IMG/VR virus record: IMGVR_UViG_3300035458_000037
Span: 1 to 64,000 of that record
DNA: 64,000 bases
Source: a virus
Reading direction: 5' to 3' (one strand)
Positions 1-10,649 of the stretch are shown here, in pieces. The translations under genes and the position numbers were made by a program. How positions within the stretch are numbered: the stretch's first letter is position 1; each line of letters begins with the position of its first letter. A model generated the notes under the pieces. It ran no database searches and was not told where the DNA came from. It saw nothing but the letters and a program-made list of their open reading frames with translations.

Positions 1-70
1 TAGTTAGACCAACCAGATTAGTCTGATCAAACGTGTCAAACTAGTCTAACAAGCTCTTCGGCTAAACAAA

Positions 71-124
71 GGCACCCAGGCACCCAGGCACCCAGGCACC
101 CAGGCACCCAGGCACCCAGGCACC
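71..124. repeat. Tandem repeat, 8-bp unit GGCACCCA, 6 full copies plus a partial GGCACC
   Basis: Read directly from the sequence. Confidence 0.95.
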
Positions 125-275
125 GGGTTGAAACTCAACATCCCTCCGAAGCACTCCCTCAAACCCGTCTTCCAGGGGCACTGATACGCCTATGAGATTC
201 TAAAAATCTCTCAACCTCTCCTAGCCTGGGTAACCCACTTTTTTTATCTATGATTAAACCAGGAGTGCATCGAGT

Positions 276-303
276 GAAAAAACTCTTATTTTTATGTTAT
301 AAT
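276..303 (+). promoter_or_regulatory. Conserved phage promoter (variant GAAAA...TGTTATAAT)
   Basis: TATAAT at 298 with extended TG, and G 22 nt upstream as in the other copies. Confidence 0.55.
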
Positions 304-316
304 ATAACTGAGAATC

Positions 317-688
317 TTATTTAGCGTCATCGATAATCGAAAATACATTCTCATCATCGTCGGTGGTGAGGCGCTTCTTTTTACGCATTCCAGGAAGTCG
401 TTTGATATCAACTTTTGATATCTGCCGCGCCAGGTCGTCAAGGTTGACTTTGTAGCGCCCCCGGCTGACCGGCCCCGCCCCGCCCCCGCCGAAAGAGGGT
501 GAACCCTCCAGGGGTTCACTGCCTAAGGATTTCAAGAACTCATTGAGATGCAAAGCGTTGTAGTTGCGGATCAACTCATCCAGCACTTCCTCAACCCGGA
601 GGTGATGATGTGCTGCAATAAGTGCCAGCAACTTGAGCTGTCCCTGGTCCAAGCGATTCCTGATGATCCTGAAGGGTTTTTCTTCCAT
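317..688 (-). CDS. Hypothetical protein, possible ribbon-helix-helix-like N-terminus
   Basis: 123-aa ORF; LDQGQLKLLALIAAHHHLRVEEVLDELIRNY resembles RHH helices. Confidence 0.5.
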   Translation of the reverse strand: MEEKPFRIIRNRLDQGQLKLLALIAAHHHLRVEEVLDELIRNYNALHLNEFLKSLGSEPLEGSPSFGGGGAGPVSRGRYKVNLDDLARQISKVDIKRLPGMRKKKRLTTDDDENVFSIIDDAK

Positions 689-826
689 TTTGACACGACG
701 CGGAAAGGAGGTTGATAATAATAAGATTAACTAGGAAAAAATCGGCATCCCTTAAATAAAAAAATAAAAAAAACAAATAAAAGTAAGATTATTATTGTTA
801 TTCTTATTCTTATGTATATATGGTTT

Positions 827-857
827 GGGGTAGGAGGCTATGTAGGTCTCCTACCCC
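827..857. terminator. Long intergenic stem-loop
   Basis: GGGGTAGGAG...CTCCTACCCC inverted repeat in AT-rich non-coding DNA, downstream of ORF 957..1298(-). Confidence 0.55.
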
Positions 858-956
858 TTGTTCGTGTTTAAAAATGGAATTTTGTAAGTGTTAGCTTGTT
901 TGTGTTTGAGAAGGCTCGTAACATGCCGTGTAAGAAATGAAGCTGATAATTAATCC

Positions 957-1298
957 TTACGTGCGGGTGAGATTCTTTTTTAAAAAATGAAGCACATCAT
1001 CATGTGTCGTTGCGGGCGCGTCATGTAGGGATTGTTTAACATCATCATTTTGAAAAAAGTATGTTTTTACCCCGCCTAAATCAAATAATTTCGACATTTC
1101 CATTTTTGCTTTTTGAGAAGAGAACAAGGTGTCTGAGTTTGCAGAGGTGCCCATGTGACCCGGAATAGAAAAAACGCCTACAGTATCAAGCTCTTGTGCT
1201 GGATACCGAGGCGTGTTACGATTATTCATTAGGCCAACTCCATTCATGTGGAAATGGTAATGCACGGTAATCTTCTCACACTCTAGGGTCGAAGTCAA
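957..1298 (-). CDS. Hypothetical protein
   Basis: 113-aa ORF, start uncertain. Confidence 0.4.
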   Translation of the reverse strand: MTSTLECEKITVHYHFHMNGVGLMNNRNTPRYPAQELDTVGVFSIPGHMGTSANSDTLFSSQKAKMEMSKLFDLGGVKTYFFQNDDVKQSLHDAPATTHDDVLHFLKKNLTRT

Positions 1299-1334
1299 GC
1301 GTTTATTTTCGGAAGTTCCATAACCAAAGAAGGA

Positions 1335-3344
1335 GTGTTACGCATGAAGATAGTAATCATCAGAAACTATGAAGATGTAGAAATAGAATTATATGATCTT
1401 CAATTTTGGAATAGACGACTATTTTGCAAAGGTGATATAGATAATAAAACTTATAAGTTTATTTCTACAGAAGGATTCGAAAATCTTCTTATCAAGATTG
1501 AAGAAGGTGAAGAGTATGAATTTAATCCTAAAGAAGATATTAAATATAAATTTGAACTTAACAGAAAATTCAATCCATATACTTCTGAATATGTGCCAGT
1601 GAGAAATGAGCTATCAGGTAATAATACTAGATCTTATTTTTCTAGATTGCAAATAAAAGCATATGTTAAAGTTTTAAATAAACCTAGGAAATATAGAGAT
1701 AATATAGTTAATATCAAAGATAGAAAATTCAAAAGAATTACTTATGAAGATATAGATATAAGAACTGCGAAAACGATTAAGAAAAGAAAATATGTAAGTT
1801 TTTCAAGTAAGGATACAAATGTTACTTTACGCAAAGTAAAGTTTAAAACAGATGAGTTTATAGAGAGAAAATATATAAAACCTATTAAAGACGTAGGACC
1901 AAACGATTTTTCCGGTGATTACAAACTTATTCAATCATTAGGTCCATTAATCGATAACATGTTCTTCGAAACTGTTGATTTTGATTATCCAGAATTTGAT
2001 TTATGGAAATATCAGAATAATGAAAACTATAGAATGATGAACTATTCTCACCAAAGAAATATTAAACCAAAACTTATAAAGATGAGCGGGGGAAATTTAT
2101 TCTCATCTGATGATCCTCAAAAGATTATTCACGCTGTTCGCAAATCAGAAGATGAAAATAATGTTATCTCATATGAAGACTTCTTCAACACCAATATTCT
2201 CATAAAGATATTTGATTTTGATGCACCAACCCGTGGAGGTTCTACGTTCAGGAGGGTTTTGAAAGAAACTTGTGATAACTCAAATTATACTCGAATAAAG
2301 ATGGTAATCGAATTTATTAGTTATCAGAAATACCTCAAGAAGATTATAGGTGAAAATGATAAATGGATTCACATTTTATTCGATACTTACAGAAGAAACC
2401 GCAAGTATGAGCTTCGGCACTTCTTTGAATATAAAATGCTTATAAAACCATGGCTGATCAGTGGGCGTAGCCGCCCCCTGGACCCCGAGTTCAAGGCGGC
2501 GAAGCGAGGGGGATTGTGGGGCCACAGATTCGTTCTACATAGTGAAATAACCCCCGGAGAGTTCACCCTAGCCTACTACCGCAACGACACCCCAGTTAAT
2601 GAGCTAGAAACGCTTTTTCTTATAAATACAAAATTAACAGCAACACCTTTGTTTCATGTAAAATTACAATATGACTTTGATAAAAAAAGATTAATGATAG
2701 ATGGATATGAAAATAAATATAAATTATCTCAAGATATTGTAAAATACACTAGTATCTCTCATTCTATTACTGTCAGTAATATTTTAGCAAACCTAGATAA
2801 GAATGGAAAGATAGAAATGAAATTATCAAAGACTAAAATGAGACTTTATATAGCCGCAGAAACATTAATTAATCTATATGATTTATTTGAAACATTTGGA
2901 AGTCATGTAGGTAAAGTTAGAGATAATCTGAAGTTAGAATATGTTCGAACTAAAGTCCTTAATGAAATATTTGAATTTGATTTTTACTCGATTACTAAAG
3001 TATTATCTTTACGATCAGGTTTACTTGAAATAAACGATCACCCATTAGATTTAAATGAAATTGCTGTAACTATCTATCAAGCTATTGATTTTATTGTTAA
3101 AATGAAAGATGAAGAATATAGCACTAAGACTCATTATAAAAATATGAAAGAACATGGAATTGATGTTAGTCATAAAAACAAAATGGGAGATAGAAGTGCT
3201 AAGATAAGAACTTGGTATAGTGATGCGAATAAGCTTATTCTATTTGCGTCTAACTTTCAACCGGACGAATATGTTCCAACTTTAAATGAATGGAGTGAAA
3301 ATGCGAAGAATAGCATTGCTCTTACTAATAGTATCTTGTCGTAA
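1335..3344 (+). CDS. Large hypothetical phage protein
   Basis: 669-aa ORF with AAGGAG RBS; no motif recognised. Confidence 0.8.
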   Translation: MLRMKIVIIRNYEDVEIELYDLQFWNRRLFCKGDIDNKTYKFISTEGFENLLIKIEEGEEYEFNPKEDIKYKFELNRKFNPYTSEYVPVRNELSGNNTRSYFSRLQIKAYVKVLNKPRKYRDNIVNIKDRKFKRITYEDIDIRTAKTIKKRKYVSFSSKDTNVTLRKVKFKTDEFIERKYIKPIKDVGPNDFSGDYKLIQSLGPLIDNMFFETVDFDYPEFDLWKYQNNENYRMMNYSHQRNIKPKLIKMSGGNLFSSDDPQKIIHAVRKSEDENNVISYEDFFNTNILIKIFDFDAPTRGGSTFRRVLKETCDNSNYTRIKMVIEFISYQKYLKKIIGENDKWIHILFDTYRRNRKYELRHFFEYKMLIKPWLISGRSRPLDPEFKAAKRGGLWGHRFVLHSEITPGEFTLAYYRNDTPVNELETLFLINTKLTATPLFHVKLQYDFDKKRLMIDGYENKYKLSQDIVKYTSISHSITVSNILANLDKNGKIEMKLSKTKMRLYIAAETLINLYDLFETFGSHVGKVRDNLKLEYVRTKVLNEIFEFDFYSITKVLSLRSGLLEINDHPLDLNEIAVTIYQAIDFIVKMKDEEYSTKTHYKNMKEHGIDVSHKNKMGDRSAKIRTWYSDANKLILFASNFQPDEYVPTLNEWSENAKNSIALTNSILS

Positions 3345-3618
3345 CCCCACTCCCACCACCGCAGTCCTTGTGCCTGTAGAAGTCAATATAAGCGAGATTG
3401 ACGGCAAGCCAACAGGCCATTTCTTTAGGAGGTCACTTGTAATAGAACCAGGTAATCACACAATCACATTGCACATGGAAAGGGATCACAGGACGCATAA
3501 AGTAAAAACGAAGTTCATAGAGTTCAAGGCCGAGGCTGGTCATAAGTATCAACTCTACGAAGAAACACTCACAGATATCACGTCTAGGAGACGTAAACAC
3601 AAAGAGGATGAGGAATGA
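3301..3618 (+). CDS. Putative lipoprotein
   Basis: MRRIALLLLIVSC signal peptide and lipobox after a GGAG RBS. Confidence 0.6.
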   Translation: MRRIALLLLIVSCRNPTPTTAVLVPVEVNISEIDGKPTGHFFRRSLVIEPGNHTITLHMERDHRTHKVKTKFIEFKAEAGHKYQLYEETLTDITSRRRKHKEDEE

Positions 3619-4082
3619 GACAATTAGCGATTTTTGATCTGGATAATAATATACAAACATTGAGGCGTCATGAATTTGAGATAATAGTAGGATTGCCTAT
3701 TTCACCAAATAGAGTTAATACTAATATTTTTACTTTAATGCTTTATATGATAATGGGTGGAGTTGATGTTGAAATCTTATCATCATCTTATTATTGTGAG
3801 CAAGATATTAAGCGTTGGATTTTAAAAAGAGTACCATCTCTTGAACATTATATAGATAGGGTGAGAATAATTACGTGCGACTATGAACAAGAGGCACAAG
3901 GCGAAGAATTTAAAAAAGAATATCTATATGGATTTTTATTAAATAAAACATATAATTTAATTGATGTCATTAGAGATACTGATATAATAACTTCGATTAT
4001 TTTGAAAGAAGATAGCTATTATGATTTTTCAATAACAAAAACTAATGATTATCGTGATACAATCAAATATACAGAGGATTAA
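3615..4082 (+). CDS. HAD-like hypothetical protein
   Basis: N-terminal AIFDLD resembles HAD motif I. Confidence 0.45.
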   Translation: MRQLAIFDLDNNIQTLRRHEFEIIVGLPISPNRVNTNIFTLMLYMIMGGVDVEILSSSYYCEQDIKRWILKRVPSLEHYIDRVRIITCDYEQEAQGEEFKKEYLYGFLLNKTYNLIDVIRDTDIITSIILKEDSYYDFSITKTNDYRDTIKYTED

Positions 4083-4084
4083 TC

Positions 4085-4447
4085 ATGATAATTACTGGAG
4101 AGGAGGTGCATAAATACATTTGTAAATATCAATATTCGTATTATGGACATTATCTACGTGCCATGAGACAAATCGGTATGGTTAGAGAGATAATAGAAGG
4201 TAATAGTATGAATGACGTAGCTTTTTATTATAATGTCACTAATCATACTATAAGCGAGCAGTTAGATATATTATTTCACAAGCTTATGTTTTGTTTAGGA
4301 TATGGTAAAACATTTGAAGAATATCTTTCAGAGTTATCCAAACTTACTGACGAAGATATTTTAAAAATGGTTATAAGCAATTCTCATCAACGTGAACTTG
4401 GAAGATTAGGTAAACAACTCGAAACTATAACGTGGGAGGAAAAGTGA
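4085..4447 (+). CDS. Hypothetical protein, possible HTH
   Basis: SMNDVAFYYNVTNHTISEQL is HTH-like. Confidence 0.5.
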   Translation: MIITGEEVHKYICKYQYSYYGHYLRAMRQIGMVREIIEGNSMNDVAFYYNVTNHTISEQLDILFHKLMFCLGYGKTFEEYLSELSKLTDEDILKMVISNSHQRELGRLGKQLETITWEEK

Positions 4448-4734
4448 CGGTAACTCACCTTGAAGTAGATCTATGTCCAAATTGTGGTGCAAGATTAGAT
4501 ACAACCACATCAATTAAAACAGAGCGTAAACCTAAACCAGGTGATTTTTCAATATGTATGTATTGCGGAGCTGCATTGACATTTGATGAAAAACTATTAC
4601 ATGTCAAAATGACAGGTGAGATCTTTAACTCAGAAGCAGCAATTTTATTCAGGCAGATCTACCATAGATTTAATCTTAAGTTAAAGAAAGAAGTTCAGCA
4701 AAAGCTTAAGCAAAAATCTGAAACGGATAACTGA
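4432..4734 (+). CDS. Zinc-ribbon protein
   Basis: CPNC...CMYC. Confidence 0.6.
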   Translation: MGGKVTVTHLEVDLCPNCGARLDTTTSIKTERKPKPGDFSICMYCGAALTFDEKLLHVKMTGEIFNSEAAILFRQIYHRFNLKLKKEVQQKLKQKSETDN

Positions 4735-4735
4735 A

Positions 4736-5083
4736 ATGAATTTTTATGAAAATTACAAGAAGTTTCGGGGCCGGTGCCGGGAGCTGTCCGAGCTGGCGGT
4801 GAAGAATGATCCTACGCTCCGGCTGGTACGTGGGTATTACTGGTGCCCCGTCATCAACGACAAGGAGCCGCATTGGTGGACTGTGAGGCCGGATGGATCG
4901 ATCTATGACCCTTCGTGCCTCCAGTTCCCCTCAGCGGGCCAGGGTGAATACACGGAGTTTGATGGCTGGGTTGAATGCGCCCGGTGCGGGAAACGAATTC
5001 TTGAAGAGGACATATATGACTTCGTATACAAGCAGCCTTGCTGCTCATACGAATGTGCCCTTGAATATAGTGGATCAAACTAA
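4736..5083 (+). CDS. Cys-rich hypothetical protein
   Basis: HWW motif; CARC...CCSYEC. Confidence 0.65.
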   Translation: MNFYENYKKFRGRCRELSELAVKNDPTLRLVRGYYWCPVINDKEPHWWTVRPDGSIYDPSCLQFPSAGQGEYTEFDGWVECARCGKRILEEDIYDFVYKQPCCSYECALEYSGSN

Positions 5084-5095
5084 ACAGGAGTTTTT

Positions 5096-5395
5096 ATGAA
5101 AGTATGCCTTTACTGTTGCGCAGTGGCAATGTGCTTGGCCTTGGGCTGCGCCCCTTCCAAACCCCTGGAGGTGCCTGAGGACCAGACGGAGTTCATGCGA
5201 TTGAATTATCGTTACGTTGGAACTTTGCCCAATGGTAAAAAGGTTTATGTTACTTCCGTAAGATTCAAAGATGGTGATGATATCCAGACTCATTATATTT
5301 ATTTCAATGAGTCCGGCGAAATCAATAACAATTTCCTGTTTTACAAAGGTAAGTATCGTCGTCGTAAAGTCATAGCAGACATGGAGGGGAAATGA
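5096..5395 (+). CDS. Putative lipoprotein
   Basis: Hydrophobic N-terminus ending LALGC; GGAG RBS. Confidence 0.6.
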   Translation: MKVCLYCCAVAMCLALGCAPSKPLEVPEDQTEFMRLNYRYVGTLPNGKKVYVTSVRFKDGDDIQTHYIYFNESGEINNNFLFYKGKYRRRKVIADMEGK

Positions 5396-5718
5396 GTGAA
5401 GAAGAATTTACGGATCATGTTTACAAATGCAATTGCACTACCTATGGAGTCAAAGGTATAGACATTAATAAGATGAAGGATATGTCACGTTCCGTGACAT
5501 ATGAAACAATGAAAAAACATTGTGATATTGATGGTATATTAGAAAAATGTTTTCCAGGTATTTATGCGAAACGCAAGAATGATGGTCTGACTATTAAGAA
5601 TGATTGGCACATTCGATATTCTAAATCATATTATAAAGGTCAACCATGTTATTACTTTACCCATTCTGGTATTGAATATATTTTCGTAAGGAGGGGAGAT
5701 GAAAGATTATGTTTATAA
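5392..5718 (+). CDS. Hypothetical protein (paralog of 5699..5974)
   Basis: Shares YETMxKHCDI and PCYY...Y(I/V)FV with the next ORF. Confidence 0.7.
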   Translation: MSEEEFTDHVYKCNCTTYGVKGIDINKMKDMSRSVTYETMKKHCDIDGILEKCFPGIYAKRKNDGLTIKNDWHIRYSKSYYKGQPCYYFTHSGIEYIFVRRGDERLCL

Positions 5719-5974
5719 AAAAAATTCTCTTTATATGAGAGATTGTAATTTTCAAGATATGGTAATGACGTCAACTCCAGTGAAGTATGAAACGATGCAA
5801 AAGCATTGTGATATAAAAACAGTTCTTAATAAAGTAATTCCAGATCTATTTCCTCACAATAGAAATAAATGTGGGTATGTGATATCTTACAATAAATCTA
5901 TGATAAGAAGTGTTCCTTGTTATTATGTAATGTGTCAAGGTATTGCTTACGTTTTCGTAAAGAAGGAGGATTGA
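5699..5974 (+). CDS. Hypothetical protein (paralog of 5392..5718)
   Basis: Same shared blocks as the preceding ORF. Confidence 0.7.
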   Translation: MKDYVYKKNSLYMRDCNFQDMVMTSTPVKYETMQKHCDIKTVLNKVIPDLFPHNRNKCGYVISYNKSMIRSVPCYYVMCQGIAYVFVKKED

Positions 5975-6501
5975 TGGGTTGTCCAGGATATTGCTGTCGG
6001 TGTTTTATTCTTTCTCATGGGCCGGAAGAAATTGACGAAGCGCTTTCTAAGGATGGAAATGAATTATGGTTTAAAGTTTATAGCGATTATCGTAATGGAG
6101 TCCATACAGTATTAATAGATAGAAAAGAACTTGAACAATTAAAAGATATATTAATTCCATTAGGAAGAGATCCATCAAAGTTTGATGAAAGAAATCTTCC
6201 AGCACTTAAAGACACAGTTAATAGAGAAAGAAGAATTCTTAATACTTCGCAATGTTATTATTCTTGCAAAGAGTATGATTGGGATACTCACCTTTGTAAG
6301 ATTTATGAGAATAGACCTAAGATGTGCAGAAATTATCCAAATGGTAATGCATGTGAATTTGCAGGATGTGACGAGGGGTCATCAGCACTTATAAATATAG
6401 GCATTCCTAAAAGGAGAAGTAAAGATGTGCAAGAGTCAATACGCAGATCTCTTGAACAGATTAGTGGAGATGCAGAGATCGCCGTATTACGTGATGGTTA
6501 G
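5974..6501 (+). CDS. YkgJ-like (CxxxCC) Fe-S/Zn cysteine-cluster protein
   Basis: CPGYCC...CKIYENRPKMCRNYP signature. Confidence 0.75.
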   Translation: MGCPGYCCRCFILSHGPEEIDEALSKDGNELWFKVYSDYRNGVHTVLIDRKELEQLKDILIPLGRDPSKFDERNLPALKDTVNRERRILNTSQCYYSCKEYDWDTHLCKIYENRPKMCRNYPNGNACEFAGCDEGSSALINIGIPKRRSKDVQESIRRSLEQISGDAEIAVLRDG

Positions 6502-6564
6502 AATGCATCTGATTCAAGCCGAAACAACAATCATTTACCTTGAGAACAAGGTCAAGGAGTTAGA

Positions 6565-6885
6565 GTGCAAACTAAATTCAACATCGACCAATTAGTTTAT
6601 GTTATTAGATCAGAAATCAAAACAGAATGGGATGAATGTCCTGCATGTGATGGGAGGGGCGCTTTATTGGTGGATGGTATTCCAGAAATATGTAATTGCC
6701 ATCACGGGACAATACCAAAGATCAATACAATCACAATTGTAAGAGATTTTTTAATTAAGAAAATTGTTATTTCTGATGAAATTGAAATATATTATTATGA
6801 TGATGAAGAAGAGGATGCTAATTACGCTTTTATTGAAAGTAAGATTTTTGCAACTAGAGAAGAAGCGGAGGCATCTCGTGGATGA
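6565..6885 (+). CDS. Hypothetical protein with CxxCxGxG zinc knuckle
   Basis: CPACDGRG...CNCHHG; AAGGAG RBS. Confidence 0.65.
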   Translation: MQTKFNIDQLVYVIRSEIKTEWDECPACDGRGALLVDGIPEICNCHHGTIPKINTITIVRDFLIKKIVISDEIEIYYYDDEEEDANYAFIESKIFATREEAEASRG

Positions 6886-7245
6886 TAGAACATCAAAGCT
6901 CTTAATAAGTTTTACGCAACTTGTAAGAAGTGATATTGATATTATGAATAGCACTCTTACTTTATTATCAAAAATAGCAAATAAGAAAGAGTTAGAATTA
7001 GATGAAGAAACTACATTAAAACTTAAAAGCACTATGTCAAAGTTGAAAGTTGTAATTACTATGGATATGGAAGTAATAAATACATTGATTGATATGGGAG
7101 GAAGAGCGCATGCAGCCAAAGTACGAACTGAATCAGAAAGTCTATTACAAGTTGCGGCACCGCGCTCATGTGGCCGCTCCATGCCCAGAATGTCACGGAA
7201 AGGTAGGATTCATCGTCAGTGGAAATATTAGAGAGGAGGCTTTAG

Positions 7246-7524
7246 ATGCCAAGTAAGATATTTACTAAAGAATACTTAAAAAGTATTCTCAACAAAGAAA
7301 TTGAAGGTGCTTCTGTTATCTCAGATGAGATAGTTGATCATCGTCGATGGGCTGTTGCTCATGAATTGATCTTCAAGGATGTAGATGGATTATTTTATAA
7401 AACGAGTTATGATCGTGGCGCTACAGAGTATCAGGATGAAGGAGCAGACTTTCATTCTGATGAAGTAAAATGTATTCAGGTTCATCAAGTTGAACAAACG
7501 GTCTTGGTATGGGAGGAATGCTAA
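7246..7524 (+). CDS. Conserved hypothetical phage protein
   Basis: DHRRW...GATEYQDE; GGAGG RBS. Confidence 0.7.
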   Translation: MPSKIFTKEYLKSILNKEIEGASVISDEIVDHRRWAVAHELIFKDVDGLFYKTSYDRGATEYQDEGADFHSDEVKCIQVHQVEQTVLVWEEC

Positions 7525-7547
7525 AAACACATCTTTTTTGTTATAAT
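7520..7547 (+). promoter_or_regulatory. Conserved phage promoter
   Basis: GCTAAA...TGTTATAAT, 22-nt G-to-TATAAT spacing. Confidence 0.7.
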
Positions 7548-7591
7548 TAAATTGAGGAACATTTAAGTTCCTCTTTTTTTTAGGAGTAAAG

Positions 7592-8836
7592 ATGCACGAA
7601 GAAATGCGAAGTTTCAACGATATCCTTAATGACATGATAGTCATTATGGAGCAACACTCAGAAGTATTAAGATTAATTATTAGAGGTGATTATACTGCAA
7701 CTTTTATTGTAGAAGAGCTTGAAAAGTCAAATCAAAGAATTGAACTTATCAAAGGATGTATGGATAGATTTAATTCTAATGGAATCTATTTTGGTGTTAG
7801 TAAAACTGCTTTACTCAAGTATGCCTCAGTCTTATCTTCTAATGAACATGTAACAGAGTATATGTGGATGGCTACAAAAGAAATGATAGAACATGGATTT
7901 CATTCGGATAAAGCTATTTTTACACCAATAGCTCCAACTTCAAAACCTAACTCTAGAACCGCTATTTTCGCTATGAAGACAGGCGAGCCTTTTCCACTTG
8001 ATGCACATGTAATTTGGTAGGAGATGAAATGGATAGTAGAATAAATTCGGAAAAAGCTACTTATTGGATTATAAAATATAAAGGAAAACGTAAGAATTAT
8101 GTTTGTGGTGATCTTGCATATTTTTGCGGTAGAGTTGGATTAGATATATTTACTGTTAGAAGAGCATTATCTCAAGCCGAAGTAATACATCTAGAAGGTT
8201 GGGAGATTATGCGTTTTACAAATGCAGATCTTGGGCAAGAATTGGAAGATGATGGTTTCGTGCTGAGACCGGAAACGCAAAAAGTTGTAGCTATAATACC
8301 CGTTAAGAAAGAATTCCAAACGGAAGATGATATTACCGTGCTAAGTATTTTCACTAAACTACAAACCCTTGAGGAGGAAGAGAATGCAAGAATTAAAGCA
8401 GAAAGAAAAGCTGCTAGAATGGGTAAAAAGCAATCAGAATAAATGGATTGATGCAATTACTTTAGCAAATGAGCTTGGGATAAAGAAAACTTCTACATAT
8501 GCTCTCATTAATTTTGTTGGTAAGTATACTTTAGAATTAATAATAGATAAACGTGATGAAAATGGGACGAGACTTTATAGTTTTTCACTTAAACAGACTA
8601 CATCAAATAATGGAGTCGTTGATGTTCAACTACCTCCAATGACACTTGATAAATCTACAGCGATAGATTTATTTCGTCAATTTGCAATCTTGCTTGATAA
8701 CATGAACAAAAATATGGAAGAGAATCTAAGACTCATTAATAAAAGACTCGATAAAATCGAAGCCAGAAAAGAAGTTGAATTTTCACGAAGTATAATGGTT
8801 CTTCAAGAAGAGATTCTTGAACGCTTGCCGCGCTAG
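7592..8836 (+). other. Operon of three hypothetical CDS (7592..8020, ~8029..8442, ~8383..8836; the last is winged-HTH-like)
   Basis: Overlapping ORFs with RBSs; WIDAITLANELGIKKTSTYALI is HTH-like. Confidence 0.6.
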
Positions 8837-8863
8837 CAAAAAGACTTCGTTTTCGGTTATAAT
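8836..8863 (+). promoter_or_regulatory. Conserved phage promoter
   Basis: GCAAAA...GGTTATAAT, same spacing. Confidence 0.7.
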
Positions 8864-8905
8864 ATAATTGGAAACGAAGTTTCAATTGTTTTCCATGGAG
8901 AGGAT

Positions 8906-10146
8906 ATGAGAGATTTAACTTCTTTAGTTAATATATTACACAATATTCACACGTCCTTAGAAGTCTTTAATGAAAGACGCGGAACTAAGGCTGGTAATTA
9001 TTGGAATATTAAACAAATATGCGATGATATTGCGGTAGTAAGTAATCATCTCAAATGTCATTGTTGTAAAGAAGATTTGAAGAACAATGATTTAATGTTA
9101 TCCAATAGAATTCATTATCATGATATGTTGGACAAAGCAATTGATTCAGCAAGAGACAATGAACCTTTCCTCGGAGCGTTTGTTAATCTTCTCGTAAAGG
9201 AGTTGAATGATGAGTTCACTGAGGAATTCATGAAAAACGAGGCCTTCAAAAGGAAACATAAATGACAGAATCACATGATTACACCGTAGAAGATAATATA
9301 GGTATCAATAAATTAATGGAAGATACAGAAAAACGCATGATGAATAAAGATATCGATACAGTTGTTGTAGGAGTTGTTACAAAATTTCACGATAAACATC
9401 TTGTTGTTTATACAGATATGTCATTAACAGTATTACTAAGAAAAGGTTTTGTTTATTATTTAGAATCAAGTATATTTAACGATCCACACACTGTTGCTTT
9501 TTCGGCATCGATAATAGGACCAAGTAATTTTATTACCGTTGGAATGACCAAAGAACCACCAATTAAATTTGTGAGATCTTCTGAATATGAAATTATATGT
9601 AATGAAAAAGTAATTATAAATACTATTATAAAGAACAAAAGTGAAATGGGATCTATAAGTAGAGACAGCTTCATGTCAACCATGAACATAAGGAGATAGA
9701 ATGAACAAGTATATCGTAGCATACATCAACTTTTTTGATAATGCAATCCAACTTGACATCTTCGATGCCGTAAGTTGGAGAGATGCGTTAATCAAAATGC
9801 TTGAGAAACTTGATCCCGAAGCAAAAGATGTAGATCCATTTAAAGAATTTGGAGATATTTCTTATAAGGAAGCTCGGTTACAAGCTGCTGACATGGAATT
9901 TGGATTTGCAGTAAAGGAGATTCGATGAAAGAATATACGTTAACCGAAGAAGAATTGCAGGAATTATTTGATGCTGCCAAACCAGTTCCGTATATGATTA
10001 TAGGCGGCAATCCTCCTCCAAGTTCTTACAATAGATCTCTATCGGTATGGAAAAGAGTTGCTGAAAGAGTAAACTGTGACGTGAACACTATACAAGGCAG
10101 TGATCCAAAGAATCCTCATTTATTCAAAGCGAAGTCACTCGATTAA
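8906..10146 (+). other. Operon of four hypothetical CDS (8906..9265, 9262..9699, 9701..9928, 9925..10146)
   Basis: Coupled ORFs with RBSs, ending at a terminator. Confidence 0.7.
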
Positions 10147-10151
10147 CAAAT

Positions 10152-10173
10152 AAGCCCCTCAATCGAGGGGCTT
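10152..10173. terminator. Intrinsic terminator between convergent genes
   Basis: AAGCCCCTC-AATC-GAGGGGCTT followed by T-rich tract. Confidence 0.8.
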
Positions 10174-10200
10174 TATTTTATCTATTATAATAAGTTATAT

Positions 10201-10614
10201 TTATCTCGGAGCATATATCATCGGCTTCTTATTCTTCGGATCTGCAAATGGATTACCAAATAACCTCACTCCTTGATATATATACCACGCTCTAAATTTC
10301 CAAGTTCCATCTTCAAGAATTATCTTGCGCAGTATCTTATCCGCATCTTCTCGATATGTATCATGATCTAAATACTTAGTTCTCATTAATTGATAAAGTG
10401 CATCATGAATTAAAGATCCTCTCATAACATTTAATGTATCTATTACTGGACCACTTGGACCATCCCATGCATATCCTTCCTTTATTTTTAAAATTCCGCT
10501 TATACTTAATTTTATATATTCAGTATCGATATCTTTGGATGGTCTAATAGGAATCGTAACAAAACAAGGTTCCTTTAATTGATATTTATATCCGTTTTGA
10601 TATTTAATTAACAT
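10201..10614 (-). CDS. DUF1353-family protein
   Basis: YAWDGPSGP...SLIHDALYQ...ADKIL...YQGVRLFG. Confidence 0.75.
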   Translation of the reverse strand: MLIKYQNGYKYQLKEPCFVTIPIRPSKDIDTEYIKLSISGILKIKEGYAWDGPSGPVIDTLNVMRGSLIHDALYQLMRTKYLDHDTYREDADKILRKIILEDGTWKFRAWYIYQGVRLFGNPFADPKNKKPMIYAPR

Positions 10615-10649
10615 ATTACACCCCCTACTTTATTGTATCATAGATAGCT

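Noticed and set aside
71-124. Possible CRISPR array
   Set aside because: 8-bp head-to-tail units with no spacers, and no cas genes in the window.
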